Source of the DNA: Cetorhinus maximus
Taxonomy: Eukaryota
Assembly: GCF_964194155.1 (NCBI RefSeq)
Contig: NC_135903.1
Location: 5,022,001 to 5,086,000, forward strand
Length of the DNA stretch: 64,000 nt
Reading direction: 5' to 3'
The position numbers and the translations under genes are program-made. Shown here piece by piece: positions 24,761-38,968 of the stretch. The notes beneath the pieces are model-generated. The model had not been told where the DNA came from, did not search any database, and saw only the letters and a list, made by a program, of their open reading frames with translations. The first letter of the stretch is position 1. The number at the start of each line of letters is the position of its first letter.

Positions 24761-27700
24761 TTCAGCTCAAGTCTGTTCTGCCTTCCAATTAGATCATGGC
24801 TGTTCTGCATCTGAACTCCATTTATCTGATAACCCTTTATCATTGGCAAAAAGTCTCACTACATTTCTCTATTTCAGTATCAAAAATTAACGTTTTTGTA
24901 AAGAAATTGTGGAGGCAAACACAGCAAGCCAATTTGCATACAGCAATGCTGCACAAACGGCAAATAAAAGTCTTTTAATTGTGGTATTGGGTCAAGAATG
25001 AATGTTCACCAGGGCACCAGGCAAACTCCCTTTTCCTTGAACTGTGTTTGAAGTGCTTTAAACTATTTTGACATGATAAGCTGTCATATAAATGCAAGGA
25101 TCATTGTATTATTAACAATGGCAGAGGTTCTGAACTGGTAGTTTTGAAAAAAATGAGCATAAAGATTTAACTTGTTAGACCATTATCTCATGATTACTGA
25201 TACACGAGGAAAATAGGCAATTAAAAATGATAAAATCAATGTTCTCTGTATTTCTTTGGGGATTTACAATGATGCAGTAGAAAGTCGCAGTCACAACACC
25301 AAACTTCACTGCTTCTCCTTTTGTGATTTAGTCAACTGAAAAGGGGAAAAAAAATACAATCTTTCAGATGTGGGTGGGTGGGTTGTTTGAGAGCAATCAG
25401 AGTCTCTGATGACACAAACAATTGACCTTTCCATTTGCAACTTTGAAATTCTTTAGAAAGATTGGAGTTTTCGATTAAGATTGCCAGAATTTATTTTCTC
25501 TTTCATGCATGTCCACCATGGGTTGACTCAAAGGATGGGTTTGGGTTCATTAGGTACATGCAGTGGGCTCCTGGAGAGATACTTGGCACCAAGACAGTGC
25601 CTGTCATTGGCCAGGTGACAATTCCTGGTAGGGTGGCCACTGGTGGTCCTGAGGAATACCGTGTGCATCCCTTGTACAGCTGGGAAAAGAGTCTCGGCTG
25701 GAGAAGCCTCGGAGAAGGGAATTAGAAAATATACTGGATAATCGAAAAAGAATATACTAAATTAGCCAGTGACTTAAGACTATGACCAGAGATTTCTGTG
25801 CTACTGAATAAGCAAGTACGGAAGCAACTCTTGATCCACACGAGGGTAAAGTGGACAATGTAAACAGTGCTGTAGAAAAAATATTAATGAAGCACAAAAA
25901 ATGTTTGCCTATTCCCAGCATATTTTAAGGGCAGATCAAAGATGTAAATGAGAATTAATCATAAAATAAATTGTACTTAAAGTTTGTTTGTTTGGGAGTC
26001 AGGAAGAGACTCTCACTGCAAAATAAAAACACTGAAGAATAAGGCATCTGGTTGAAATTTGCACCAGACAGGAGACAGACCACCGGAAAACCGGACTGTC
26101 CAGTGTAAAACTGGACGGATGGCCAGTCTAATTCCTGGCGGTGCATTACCGGGAGAAGCAACTGGACATTTAAAGAAGAGTCCCAAAGATCGTCACTGGA
26201 CTACTAATCCAAAGACCCAGGCTAATGCTTTGGTGACATGGACTCAAATCCCATCATGGCATCTGGAATTTAAATTCAATTAATTAATTCAATCAGTTAA
26301 TAAAAATCTGAAAGCTAATCTCATCATTTTTTGCAAAAATCCATCTGGTTCATGGATGTCCTTTAGAGAAGGAAATCTGCCATCCTTACCTGGTCTGGCC
26401 TACATGTGACTCCCCTTGGGGGGAGATGGTGCTGCAGTGGTAATGTTACTGGTCTCAAAAAAGGTGCTGTATTTCTCCAAGAGGATCACTTACCATTGAT
26501 TCTCAAGGTCTACTCTCATCTTCCATATATTGAATGAGGAAGTGGTAGTAACACAGGTAGACACAAAATACAACCACCATGGATCTGTTGCATCTGACAG
26601 GGCAGGCAGGGCTTCAGTTTAATGCATATCTGAAGGATGGTACCTCCAACAGTGTAGCATTCCCTCAGTACTTCACTGGAAGTGTCAGCCTAGATTTTGT
26701 GCTCAAGCATCTGGAGTGGGGAAATTAAATTGGTGAAATACTTGGTGGAAAAATTGCAGGGTTTATGGGGAAAGAGTTGGGGAAGTGGGACTAATTGAAT
26801 AGCTCTTTCAAAGAGCTCGCACAATGGCCTCCTTCTGTGCTGTAAGCTTCTATGAATTTCTGTCTCAGGGTAAGAGGGCTGCAACAGAGCCATGGTGGGC
26901 AATAACACACATTGAGAAAATTGTCATCTCTGAGGCAGAATCAGAATTTTTTCTGGCTCACTTCCAGTGGTTGGTTGGCACGCAATAGGTCATGCACTAA
27001 GCATCTGGTCATTTGGCATTCCACCTGAAAAAGATACACATTGCAGCCCCGTGTAGCCACATTTAACTGGACAACGACACAGCAGGTAATGCGCAATAAC
27101 ATCACTGCCACTCCCCAACATCAATTTGCAAAGTTGTATAGATCCCAAGTGTACTTTTCCACACTCACTGTGAATGTAATGTATGCAAGTGCGTTTTAAT
27201 CAAATTATAATTGCGTTTAAGAGAATACAAAATATAATTCCCAATATCATACATTACATGTCTATAAAGCCCCTGTATCTGACTATTATGCCCAGGTGAT
27301 GTGGGTGGACCTCTAGGTTGTCCAGTTCCCCAGAAAACAGGTAATGAAGAGTTAATTGGTTCATTACTGTGCCAACCAAACAGATCTGGATCTATCTGGG
27401 GTGTGGTTTGTTTGGCTTTAGGGTTATATTAATAAAAACACAAGAACATAAAAAAAAAGAAGCATGTGCCAAACATTTGGCCCTTTGAGCCTGGTCCGCC
27501 ATTCAATAAGATCATGGCTGATCTTCTATATTTCAATTCCAACTTCCTGCACCATCCTCACATCTCTTGATTCCTTTAGTATCCAAAAATCTATTGTTCT
27601 CAATCTTGAACATGCTCAACGACTGGGCATCCACAGGTCTCTCGGGTAAAGAATTCCGAAGATTCCCAACTCTCTAAGTGAGGAAATTTCTCTTCATCTC

Positions 27701-30700
27701 AGTCCTAAATGGTGAACCCCTTATCCTAGGACTATGGTCCCTAGTTCTCAGTTCTCCAGCTAGGGGAAAGAGCCTCCTTTGTTTGTGCGACTGTACAAAA
27801 ATAAACTTTTTAAAAAATAAGCGATCTCAGGGCGAGTTAAGTTACTATAATCTCATTTAAAGATATACATTGGCTTCAAGCTTTCTTTTAAATGGAATTG
27901 AGGAACCTTGTGGTAAAAATGAAAGTCAGGCCACAGACATTCCCCTCCACTACAATAACAACATCAGGGAAAACTACAAATCTGGGGAATTACTGTTTCA
28001 CTTGTATCTGTACTCCTTGTGGTAGCATGGGATGTATATGCTGTTATAAGCCATGTTAGTCATGGTTAGTGGGTGACAGGCGGTCTTTCCAGATGTTATG
28101 CAATTGTGGCTTTCCTGAGGAAGGAATGCCCTGATGCAACCATCTGTTGAAAGCCCTGAAGCGAGTGAGATAACCACGGCACCTACTGGATGACGTGGGC
28201 AAGAGGCACGAACCATCTTTTCGGTCTATATGATGGGCGAGCTGTCAGTGCTCCTCATACTGGCTTTTCACCCATCGGGGAATATAGCGAAAGTAGGGGA
28301 TGGAGGGTAATTCAGTTGGGAATGAGGCCACTTAAAGGCAGCCTCTGTTTCTTAAAAGGGTGGGGTGGGTGAGGTGGCATGGGTGGGTGGTTGCACTTTG
28401 CCTGTGCTGTATAGTTGAAACTTCACAACTGAAGCCAATATGAGGGTCCATCAATTTTCAGACAAACGCCATAAAAATCATGAATGGTTTAGACAGAGTA
28501 AATGAGGAGAAACTGTTTTACTGGCTGATTGGCCGTTAACCAGAGGACACAAATTTAAGGCGTTTGACAGAAGAACCAGAGATATGATTAAAAAAAAGTT
28601 ATGTAAATTGTTAGGATTTGGAATACTCTGCTGATGAGTTGGAGGATACAGGTTCAAGAGTAACCTTCAAAAGGGAACCAGGTAAATTCTTGAAGGTGAG
28701 AAAGTTGCAGGGATATGGGAAAAGAGCGAGGGAGTGGGACTAACTGAACAGCTCTTCGAAAATCCACTGCAGAATCAATGGTCTGAATGGCATCCATCTG
28801 TGCTGTGGTATTCTATGATTCTATCAAGTCCTGGAAGTTAGCAGGAAGGAGGTCCTGTGCTAGCTTTTAAAACAGGTATCAAGACAAATAGCCTGGCAGC
28901 ATTGAGGAGAGGTGCCTGAGCAGGTGAATGCTCATAATATTAAAGCAAGAATGCAATGCCCAAAAGACACAATGACTTCACCAGAGGTGCTAAAGTAAGA
29001 CACTTACTCACATCTCTCTTAGGCTCAATCCTGCTTCGCTTATTGACTCAGCGCTCATGACCCATCCCTATGGTGCTGCCCCTCATTCTCTCCAAACATA
29101 ACAGAAATGTTCCCTGAACCTCCTTCTGCTGCCACTTGCATATTCTGCACCTTCCATTGTCCTCGGTTATTCCCCTTGCCTCCCCACACCTCTTTCAAGC
29201 AACATCCAAAATACACTCCCCTGACATCTTTATAATCCTTATACAGTTCAGACACTAACTCTCTAACTTCTTTTGATGTGTCTGTTGACTATTCCAAGGG
29301 ATGAGTAAACTGAGCTGAGTAAGAGAGTGTGGAACAGCAACCTGACTAAGAACACCAAACTGTGAGTCTACCAAGCCTGAATAGTCAGCACGCTCCTGTA
29401 CAGTTGTGAGACCTGGACAGCGTATGCTAGGCAGGAGAAAAGGCTGAGCAGTTTCCACCTTCGCTGTCTCAGGTGTATCTTCAGCATCTCTTTACAGGAC
29501 AAGGTCACCAGCTTAGAGGCCCAGGAATGTGCTAGTTCCATTGTCTTTCATTCATTCCAAACCATCACCTTACAAGACACTGCCACTGCCAAAGGATGTG
29601 ATAGACTGTTTGTGCTGGTGTTAAGTTGAGGGTTTTTTCTGTACAGTGGGAGGACTGGGTGTGATAGTAGAAGGCATGATTCAACCAAAGCATTCCTTAG
29701 TAAACTGCAGGAGTACACCTCCGGCACCAGGCAGGATTGGCAGCCACTAATCTTCCTTGCATCCATGGAGTCCTGCTGTTCTTCTTGATGTAAACTTGAG
29801 GTCACTCAAAACTCTGCTGCCTGTGTAACTCACAGCAAATCCTGTTCCTCTGTCACCCCTGGTCCTTGCTGACTTCCATCGGCCTCCTGTCAAGCAACAT
29901 CTTGATTTGAAAATTATCATCCTTGTTTACAAATCTCCCCACGGCCTTGCCCCCTGTAATCTCCTCCAACTCCACAACCCTCCAGGATATCTGCACTCCT
30001 CTAACTCTGGCCTCTTGTGCATTTCCAATTATAAGTCCTTCACCATGGGTTGCTGTGCCTTCAGGTGCCTAGGTCCTAAGCTCTGGAATTCCCTCCCTCT
30101 CCAATCACTACCTTGCTTTCCTCCTTTAAGGCATTTCTTAAAGCCTACCACTTTGGTCCAAGCTTTTGGTCATCTGACCTAAGATCTTCTTTTGTGGCTT
30201 GGTGTCATCCACTGTTTTATAATGCTCCTGTGAAGTGCCTTGGGAGCATTTCAATATGTTAATTAAAGGCACTATATAAATATAAGTTGTTGTTGGTGTT
30301 CCACCTCTACATCTTCATTCGCAGGTTCATTAAGGTTTGCCCACCTAGCAGAACCATATTAATGAGTCGACGACAGTGAATCTGAAACCTCTCTGATTCC
30401 TACATTACACTATGCCCCCAGACTGGTCTTAAGCAGTGGAGCCTCTCTTTCAGGAGGGTCTGCTCAGTCAGAGCCCGGGCAGAGGTGTGCCTATGATTGT
30501 GTCTTTGCATGGGGTTCCTGACAGGTGTCAAGGGCCACGTGTTCAGGCATACCCCTGGTGCCCAGGCATTCAAGCAGGATAAGACCATAAGACCATAAGA
30601 CATAGGAGCAGAAATTAGGCCAATCGGCCCATCGAGTCTGCTCCGCCATTCAATCATGGCTGATAAGTTTCTCAACCCCATTCTCCCGCCTTCTCCCCGT

Positions 30701-31232
30701 AACCTTTGATCCCCTTACCAATCAAGAACCTATCTATCTCGGTCTTAAATACACTCAATGACCTGGCCCCCACAGCCTTCTGTGGCAATGAATTTCATAG
30801 ATTCACCACTCTCTGGCTAAAGAAGTTTCTCCTCATCTCTGATGGGAGGGAGGGGCAGATTGAGGACTGGCACAGGATGAAATCATCATGAAAACCAAGC
30901 ACTAGCCTGCCTTAAGCAGCGTATATCCAGTGAGTGAAAGCTCTTCCCCTTCCTTTATGCTCCAAACTCTTGATATGGAGCGCTCAGGTATTGGAGGCCC
31001 AGTCATTAGTCATTAATGGCCTACGCCGAGGGGAAGAGTACAATCCTGATCAATCCCAGCTCCCTGTCTTCCTGCTTTACTACCTCCAGAGGGAAGGACA
31101 TGAAGTCATTTGATTTGGTAAAGAGTGCATCAGGCTTGGTGCAGACATACATCACAAATTCACTTATGTTGATAATGCCAATTTTGTAGCCTCGGGTGAC
31201 CTTGTTAAGGCAGAGAGCTGAATTTGACACAA

Positions 31233-31966
31233 GGGTGCGATGGCTTTGCTACCAACCCCCCCCCCCCCCCCCCCCCCCCCCACAAACCCCCCCAACCGCC
31301 CCAACGTAAATGTAGGGGGTGAGCCCACCTCCATGTTGCCGAATCACCTCACAGCCTTTTTACAGGCATCAGGGCCGTTAATTGACCAAAGGCTGGTTTT
31401 CCGCCACCATCGAAGAGGAAGTCCCTCCTCAGAGAACTGTCGGCCAATCAAGTGGCCAGCAACCCTCTTGTTCCAGCAGTGCCACCGGCAGAAGTGGTCA
31501 CTGCTGGGACTGCAGACAGTCCCATGGAGCCTGGACTTACAGGTAAGTCTCCAGGTGCCCGGCTGTCAGGCCTAGACAAGGGGGTGTGGGTATAGTTAGG
31601 GTAGAGGTGTGGGTGGAGGGGAAAATGGTGGGGTGGAAACCTTGGGGCGGTGGGGACAGGGTGCCCGAACTGGAGGCAAACCACCCCGGTTCTGGCCACG
31701 ATGCTGGCTTGGCACTGGCCTTCCTCGACGAGGGTAAAATCCTGGCAGCAGTGGGAAGAGGACCTTAAGTGGCCACTTAAGGGCCTCAGTTGGCCCACAG
31801 GTGAGTGAGATGCCCGATGTCTCTTCCACAGGTAAATTACCCATGGGACAGGCATAGGTGGGTAGGTGACAGGTACGGCATTGTGCCATGATGCCCAATT
31901 TTTCTACACCCCACACCCCGCCCTACCCCCGCCATCCCACTCCTGGTGGAGCATAAAATTCGAGCC
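31233..31966. mobile_element. Harbinger-like MITE lying between the exon-2 and exon-4 relics of the paralog
   Basis: GC-rich element ending gcataaaattcgagcc, with internal palindrome ccttaagtggccacttaagg, similar in style to the 6.2 and 11.3 kb MITEs. Confidence 0.5.
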
Positions 31967-34900
31967 ATAAAAATCCAATGACGCAGTCACCTCAAGAGCC
32001 ATAGCCAATGGAGTGTACGAATTGATGCTGGACCACAGCTCATGCTGCAACATCTGGCGTTGTTCTGCCATTGCCACCAGACACAGTGCTCCTGATCTGA
32101 CTGGAGGTACAGCTGCAGGCGTCTCCACTCACGCTTGCTGCTGCGGCTGGCCCTCCACCCATAACAGCAAACTGAGCAGCACATCCACACCATCAAAGGA
32201 AGTTTGTGCAGAAGCCTCAGGACAGAAATTGCACACCTCCCCCAGCACCCCCCCAACATCTCAAAAAAAAATACTTGCCACAAATTGTGCAGGCAGATTT
32301 GTTAAAAATTATTTCATCACATTTATTAACCATCCCTGCTTGCTCTTGAACTGAGGGCAGTTAAGAGTCAACCACATTGCTGTGGGCCTAGAGTTACATG
32401 TAGGGCAGACCAGGTAAGGGTGGCAGATTTCCTTCCCTAAATTAATGTACCAGCTGGTTTTTACAACAATCGATGATAGTTTCATGGCTTTATATTCCAA
32501 ATTCATTAATCGAATTTAAATTCCATCACCTGAGATTTGAACTCATGTCCCCAGAGTATTAGCCTGCCCACACACACACACTCACATTCACATTCCATGT
32601 GTGCTATAGGCTAGCTAACCCACTTGCCTTGGCTCCTCATAGTGAAACCCGCAATCATGAAGCCTCTGTGTTTTCCCTCTCCCTGTGGAGAGTAAACTCT
32701 CCCAAGATTCTCTGACTCACTTTCTCAAGATTTATTCTGCTTCTTAATTTTAATTTGATTTCCAAGGAATTTGGGCTTGAGCCCAGCCAAAAGCTGAATG
32801 AGATTTGAAAACAGTGAGTCAACATTTTTGGTGGAAACAAATGATAAAATAGTTATATAGCTCATGATTAATACCGAATACATCATAAAACTAGCTAAAA
32901 GATACAAGTCCAGTGTATAAAGGGAATCCCAAAAAGAATAAATAATTATTTGATGAATATACATGAAAAATGTATAAGATACAATGAGCAGAAAGTAGAG
33001 TCACAGGGGTGATTCTGCAATCTTGTGTTCTCAGCAATAACTTCAATTGTAAAAAGTGCAGGCTAAATATAAGTCTACAACATCGCAACACCAATTCTTC
33101 AACTCATTCCAGTTTTAGCTGTAATATTGTAAAAAAAAAATCATCATTAATGATATTCCTGAAATTCTGAGTTCATTTATCCAAACAGCTAAAAACTGTA
33201 AGGCAACTTCTTGCCCCCTTACCCTCCACCACCCTTCCTAGAACTTAGATAGAGTTTTACAACTTGATCCCTCAGCTATGACAAAAGGTTATGAGTAAAG
33301 TGTGAATTTATCTTTCCTGTTTACAGATGCAGACTGACCTGCTACGAACTTGCAGGGTATTCAGTCTTTTTTTTAAGATCAGTTTGCTCACCACAGACCA
33401 AAAATTGAAGCTGGTATTATTTCTGGCCTTGAAAAGCACACCAAAAATCTATCAGGTGTTGTGCAAATCATTTTTGAGATCTCTCTCAGGGTGCTCACAA
33501 AACTTACTCCCTCCCAACAACTTAACGCAGTATAACATACAAGCTAGATGATGATTTTTAAAGATTGTACGGTGGGTATTGATAAGAAAGGCCAGGGATA
33601 CCTTAGGAGTTTTGGGGGTTTCCAGTGAGGTTAATTATGGCTCCACTTACCCACCCTACTCTTTCTGTTCCGATACCGCAACCCACCCACTGAACACCCT
33701 GAGACAGTAAGGGTGATGACGTGATTGGCAGGGTGGCTATTAGCACGGATGAGGGAGTTTATGTGGAAGGTGGAGGTTGGCAAAGGGCAAGAAGACGAAA
33801 GGAAGAACTTCAGTAAAATTGAAACTATCATGTGGAAGGACAAGTAGTTTGGTGCAAAAACCACCAAGTTGGACAGGAGGGCGGAGATCTGATCAGAAGA
33901 TGTCTGGGAGATGCAGGGAAGAACTTAATGAAAAGATGGGGGTGGTGGTACTTGGTGTTCAAATGAAATGAAGCAGTTGGACAAAAGGCTGATTTACAAT
34001 CTTGATTCAAGAACCGCCTATAATGTTATTGCCCAACGGTGTTCTTGTGGCGCCGTGGGTGGAATCCCTATCCCTGAGCCAGAAGGTCTTTGAGTCCGAA
34101 CCCAGGCTTTGATGCCCAAGGAAAGTGTGTTTGTAACGTGGCCAAACTGGCTGAGCATCAACCTGCAAATCCTTCCGACACATGCCGATGGCAGGTGGTA
34201 ACAGCGGGAGAGATTCCTGGTCAGCCATGTGATGGAAAGGAAGTTGGAGCGTCTACCATCACTATCCATAGCTCCAGACTACAACGTGAATGTAAAAAGT
34301 GTATGTTGCCACAGCAACCCAGGCTCCCTGAGTGAACTGTAATGCACTACCACCATTACGCTATAGTCCAATGCTTGACACCTGTTTTATTCATTCATGG
34401 GAAAAGAGCATTGCTGACAAGGATTCTTAATTGCCTTTGAAAAAGTCTAGGCTGTAGTGTTTGTCAGTGGACTGTAACCCACACTGCCATCCAGGGTCCC
34501 CTGAAATTATAGGTTTCATGAGTACTTACAGCTGGCTCTGAGAGAGATATTAAAAACAAATTATGCAACATCACAAACATTTTTGATCTTCTTAAGACCA
34601 AAAAAATACCAGGTTCAATTTTAATCTGTGGGGAGAAGACTGATCTTAAACAAAGAGCGAGAATGCTGGAAACCCAGAGCAAGTCAGTCTACACTGGGAA
34701 AGAGTGTGGCCCTTCACCATGAGGAAGAGATCGAGCTGTAAAAGTCGGAGGAATCTCAGTAAAACCTGGAGCTTCAAACGTGAAGCTGCAATCAACAAAT
34801 CGATTCTATAGTCAGAAGCGTACAGCACAGGTCCGAGGAAGTCACGATCTGTCTGTATGGCTCTCTGATCAGAACATACCTCGAGTACTGTGTCCAGTTA

Positions 34901-35560
34901 TTGACACAGGGTGACAGCCAGCACCACTGGCAGTGCAGAGAGGAGCCACTCCAGCGCTGGAGGTCTCAGAGATGTGAAAATACTGGAGAAACCCGGTCTT
35001 TCCAGCCTTGAAAAGAAATATCTGAGACGTGATCTTATAGAGACGTGCACGATTATAAATAGTGTGGGAAAAAGAAAAATCTGGAGAATTACATTAAACT
35101 TTCAGAGTAAAACATCAGGTCATGGGTTTAAATTGGCCTATTTGGAATTACTATCAGGAGATCCTCTGTACAAAGACTGCTCAATAATTGAACTGACTCC
35201 TGGATAAAAGGTTATAGAAGAGAAAATCTTGGAATCATATATGGATTGGATGCTATTTTAAGTGGGCTTTTGTGGAAAACAACACAGAAGGAGCCCATTA
35301 TGCCTGTGTTGAACTTTAGGGCCATTCTGGATGGATGAGCTGGATGGATTCCTTCATATGTAATTATCTTGTGCTCATGGTTTATGGAAGGAGTGGGTTT
35401 GATATGCACAATGGTTTTTTTTCCTGTTCCTTGCTTTCTCAGACTCCAGCAGGATGGATGCTGTCAATTAACTGCAGCATTTTTCAGTTAATAGCACCAC
35501 CTACCGGCCAACTGAAGCAAGTAACAGAATAGGGGAAAATCAGGTTTTCTCTTCCCTTCC

Positions 35561-37020
35561 TTGACCTCTCTGTCTCAATTTCTGATGATAGACTGTCCAC
35601 CAACATCCATTACAAGCCTACAGACTCCCACAACTACCTCGACTATAGCTCCTCACACCCCGCTTCCTGTAAGGACTCCATCCCATTCTCTCAGTTCCTT
35701 TGCCTCCGTCGCATCTGTTCTGATGACGCTACCTTCAAAAACGGTTCCTCTGACATGTCCTCCTTCTTCCTTAACCGAGGTTTTCCACCCACGGTCGTTG
35801 ACAGGGCCCTCAACCGTGTCCGGCCCATCTCCCGCGCGTCCGCCCTCACGCCTTCTCCTCCCTCCCAGAAACATGATAGGGTCCCCCTTGTCCTCACTTA
35901 TCACCCCACCAGCCTCCGCATTCAAAGGATCATCCTCTGCCATTTCCGCCAACTCCAGCATGATGCCACCACCAAACACATCTTCCCTTCACCCCCCCTG
36001 GTGGCATTCCGTAGGGATTGTTCCCTCCGGGACACCCTGGTCCACTCCTCCATCACCCCCTACTCCTCAACCCCCACCTATGGCACCTCCCCATGCCCAC
36101 GCAGAAGATGCAACACCTGCCCCTTCACTTCCTCTCTCCTCACCGTCCAAGGACCCAAACACTCCTTTCAAGTGAAGCAGCATTTCACTTGCATTTCCCC
36201 TAACTTAGTCTACTGCATTCGTTGCTCCCAATGCGGTCTCCTCTACATTGGAGAGACCAAACGCAAACTGGGCGACCGCTTTGCAGAACACCTGCGGTCT
36301 GTCCGCAAGAAAGACCCAAACCTCCCTGTCGCTTGCCATTTTAACACTCCACCCTGTTCTCTTGCCCACATGTCTGTCCTTGGCTTGCTGCATTGTTCCA
36401 GTGAAGCCCAACGCAAACTGGAGGAACAGCACCTCATCTTCCGACTAGGCACTTTACAGCCTTCCAGGCTGAATATTGAATTCAACAACTTTAGATCTTA
36501 AACTCCCCCTCCCCCCATCCCCACCCCGTTTCCTCCCCTCCTCCCTTTTGTTTTTTTTTTCAATAATTTATATAGATTTTTCTTTTCCCACCTATTTCTA
36601 TTATTTTTAAATCTACAACTAATACCTTATCAATCTTTCCACCCCACCCCCACTAGAGCTGTACCTTGAGTATCCTGCCATCCATTCTTAATTAGCACTT
36701 TTCTTAGATAATATCACCACCTTCAACACCTCTTTGATCCTTTTGTCTGTGACATCTTTTGATTATCTGCTCCTATCACTGATTGCTTGTCCCTACAACC
36801 ACCCCACCCTCAACTTCTCTCCCCCCCCGCCCCCCCACCTTAAACCAGCTTATATTTCACCCCTCTTCTAACTATGCTTCAGTTCTGTTGAAGGGTCGTG
36901 TGGACCCGAAACGTCGACTCTTTTCTTCTCCGCCGATGCTGCCAGACCTGCTGAGTTTTTCCGGGTAATTCTGTTTTTGTTTTGGATTTCCAGCATCCGC
37001 AGTAGTTTTTTGTTTTTATC
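35561..37020 (+). mobile_element. 5'-truncated Penelope-like retroelement (RT C-terminus + GIY-YIG endonuclease + 3' UTR with hammerhead motif)
   Basis: ORF 35755-36501 contains VYCIRCSQCGLLYIGETKRKLGDRFAEH...GTLQPSRLN (GIY-YIG), preceded by the RT-thumb motif SIPFSQF..RRICS. Confidence 0.92.
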
Positions 37021-38200
37021 TCTATGAAAATCAGGTTTCTTTGGTTCAAATGTTTACCGGTCCCATTTTTCTTCCCTCTGACAGCCAATAAATGGCTGAT
37101 CTCTCAGTAGCTCTGAGCTTGTCTCTCGCCTGGTGTGGAACTGAGCCATTGAACCAAAAAGATTGAGTCAGCCAAGGGCAGTGATGGAGCTACAACAACT
37201 GACCTCAGTGTTCCTGACCTAGGGAGTGGAACAATCAGCAACAAGTCCCATTTCAATGACCCCTACTCAAGGACACTTGCTGGAAAGCTTGTGTACGTGG
37301 ACAACAGGCGAAGGCAGCTTCAGCTATGATGCTTTACACAGTTGAATATCTCATTGACACTCACTGTCTCTGTTCACAGATAAAGAATGGCCATTTGGAT
37401 GGACCTCTTCTGTAATAGCAGTGAACTCTGTATCCACCCGCCAAATTTCACCTGAAAGTTGTTACCTTTCCTTCTCAATTTTCTCTGTCGATTTTGCTTC
37501 CCTCACCTTGTCTCCTGAGGACTGGAGTGAGTGGGATGTCCTCTGGTATCCCACCTAAATCTTCCAGATTGTTGTCACACTTTCCAACATTATGACCTGG
37601 CTATATGGACCAAGTGCTGGAAATGGGATTAGGCTGAGGTGGGGGGGGGGTGCTTGTTTATCAGTCAGCACAGGCACGATGGACAGAGTGGCCTCCTTCT
37701 GCACCATAAGTTTTTCTACATTTTAAATATTTTCTAAATATCTGAAAAGGGGGGGTTGTTCCGGAATGTGGGGAGAGGGCAGGAGAGTGGCAGGACGAGT
37801 TGCTCCCTAGAAGAGCTAGCATGGACACGATGGGCTGAATGGCCTTCTTCTCTGCTATAACGATTCTACGATGTGCCAACATTTCCTCCAGCATAATAGC
37901 AGCAGAACTGAAGCCACCCTCCAGCTACACAGAAAGGTTCCACAAAGAGTAATGAGATAAATGACCAATTGATCTGTTTGAGTGCAGCTGGTTAAGAGGT
38001 GAATGTTGGCCACAACACTAGCAGAACTCCTTTGCTCTTTTTCAAAAAAACATCGGATTTTCTGTGTTAAACAACATCTTAACTGAAAGACAAAGTCTGG
38101 CAATGTAGCCCTCCCTTAGTACTGTGTTGAAGTGTCAGCTCAGCTACGTGCTGAAGTCCTTACCCTGAACACACAGCTCAGCAGCCAATTTGCACACCAC

Positions 38201-38968
38201 TGTTATGACCAATGCAATTGGTTAAGCTGAGTTATTTAAAAATCCCAAATGGAAACTTGAAATAACTGTCATAACCTATAATTTTAAGTGTTATGCTTGA
38301 GATGTGACTCTAAATTCAGGAATCAGACCACCAGTTTGAGGTTTTACATTAAACTAAATGAAACAATTTATTAATTTACACAGGTTAAAATATACACATG
38401 GCTACAAATTATTACTATCATAACTTTTAACAAATTCCCAAACTAATCTCCATTAAGGCAACAGCAACCCATGGACTTAGCCAAACACCAGGCAAAGCAT
38501 TTTCACCTTACAAATTCAAAATGAGGTTCTCTTCACTTTGGTTCCTGTGGAGGCAGTGTAGGCTTACAGCTGCCTTTTGATCTCACATTGCCTCTGCTCT
38601 GCACACCTGAAAACTACTGAAGTTATACCTACCACCCCCCATTGAATGTAAATTCTCATTGTATCACCAACATCTTTGAAGTCCACCTTTTAACAATTAA
38701 ACCCCTTTCACAGTACCAATTTTATTAGTAATATAAACATATTGCTTGGTAAGTGCTAGATAGACTTCAGTTTTCGTCCCATTTCTTGAACGCTCTATTC
38801 AATAAAATGCAAATACACTCTATCTCTCTTACATCTCAAAACTAGTACATAGCAAAGCACCCAGACTAGCTGGCTTTAATCCAATTAAGACACACCCACA
38901 GACTAAACCTCTATTTTAAAAGAAAAATATTTTCCAATAATATTATACACATTAATAGCTTCATGACA
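38201..38968 (-). repeat. 3' LTR of the Gmr1-like element
   Basis: TGTTATGA...TCATGACA termini; clear direct repeat of 43585-44341. Confidence 0.9.

Larger units (their letters stand above)
23508..32935 (-). pseudogene. Degraded tandem paralog of the G-CSF-like gene (promoter and exon 1, 2, 4, 5 relics)
   Basis: Same strand and order as the intact gene. TATA (~32853) and GGGAATCCC (32922-32930). Exon-1 relic ATA AAT CTT GAG AAA/GTGAGT (32721-32735). Exon-2 relic VWMCCSV...EQRQMLQHELWSSINS (31991-32192). Exon-4 relic ALCLNKVTRG...DALFTKSNDFMSFPLEV/GTAAAG (31081-31217). Weaker exon-5 relic VTIRVILTDHESYSKYFHGVY (~23577-23640). Frameshifts, stops and lost start codon; exon 3 not found. Confidence 0.6.

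Noticed and set aside
32721-32894. ORF 32725-32964 read as a 174-nt signal-peptide exon of a paralog
   Set aside because: It has an in-frame stop. The region is better explained as promoter + 5' UTR + exon 1 relic, and a better exon-2 match lies at 31991-32192.
35561-36488. Overlapping alternative-frame and antisense ORFs in the Penelope copies (also 60991-61880)
   Set aside because: Shadow ORFs of a C-rich element, shared only because the two copies are recent.
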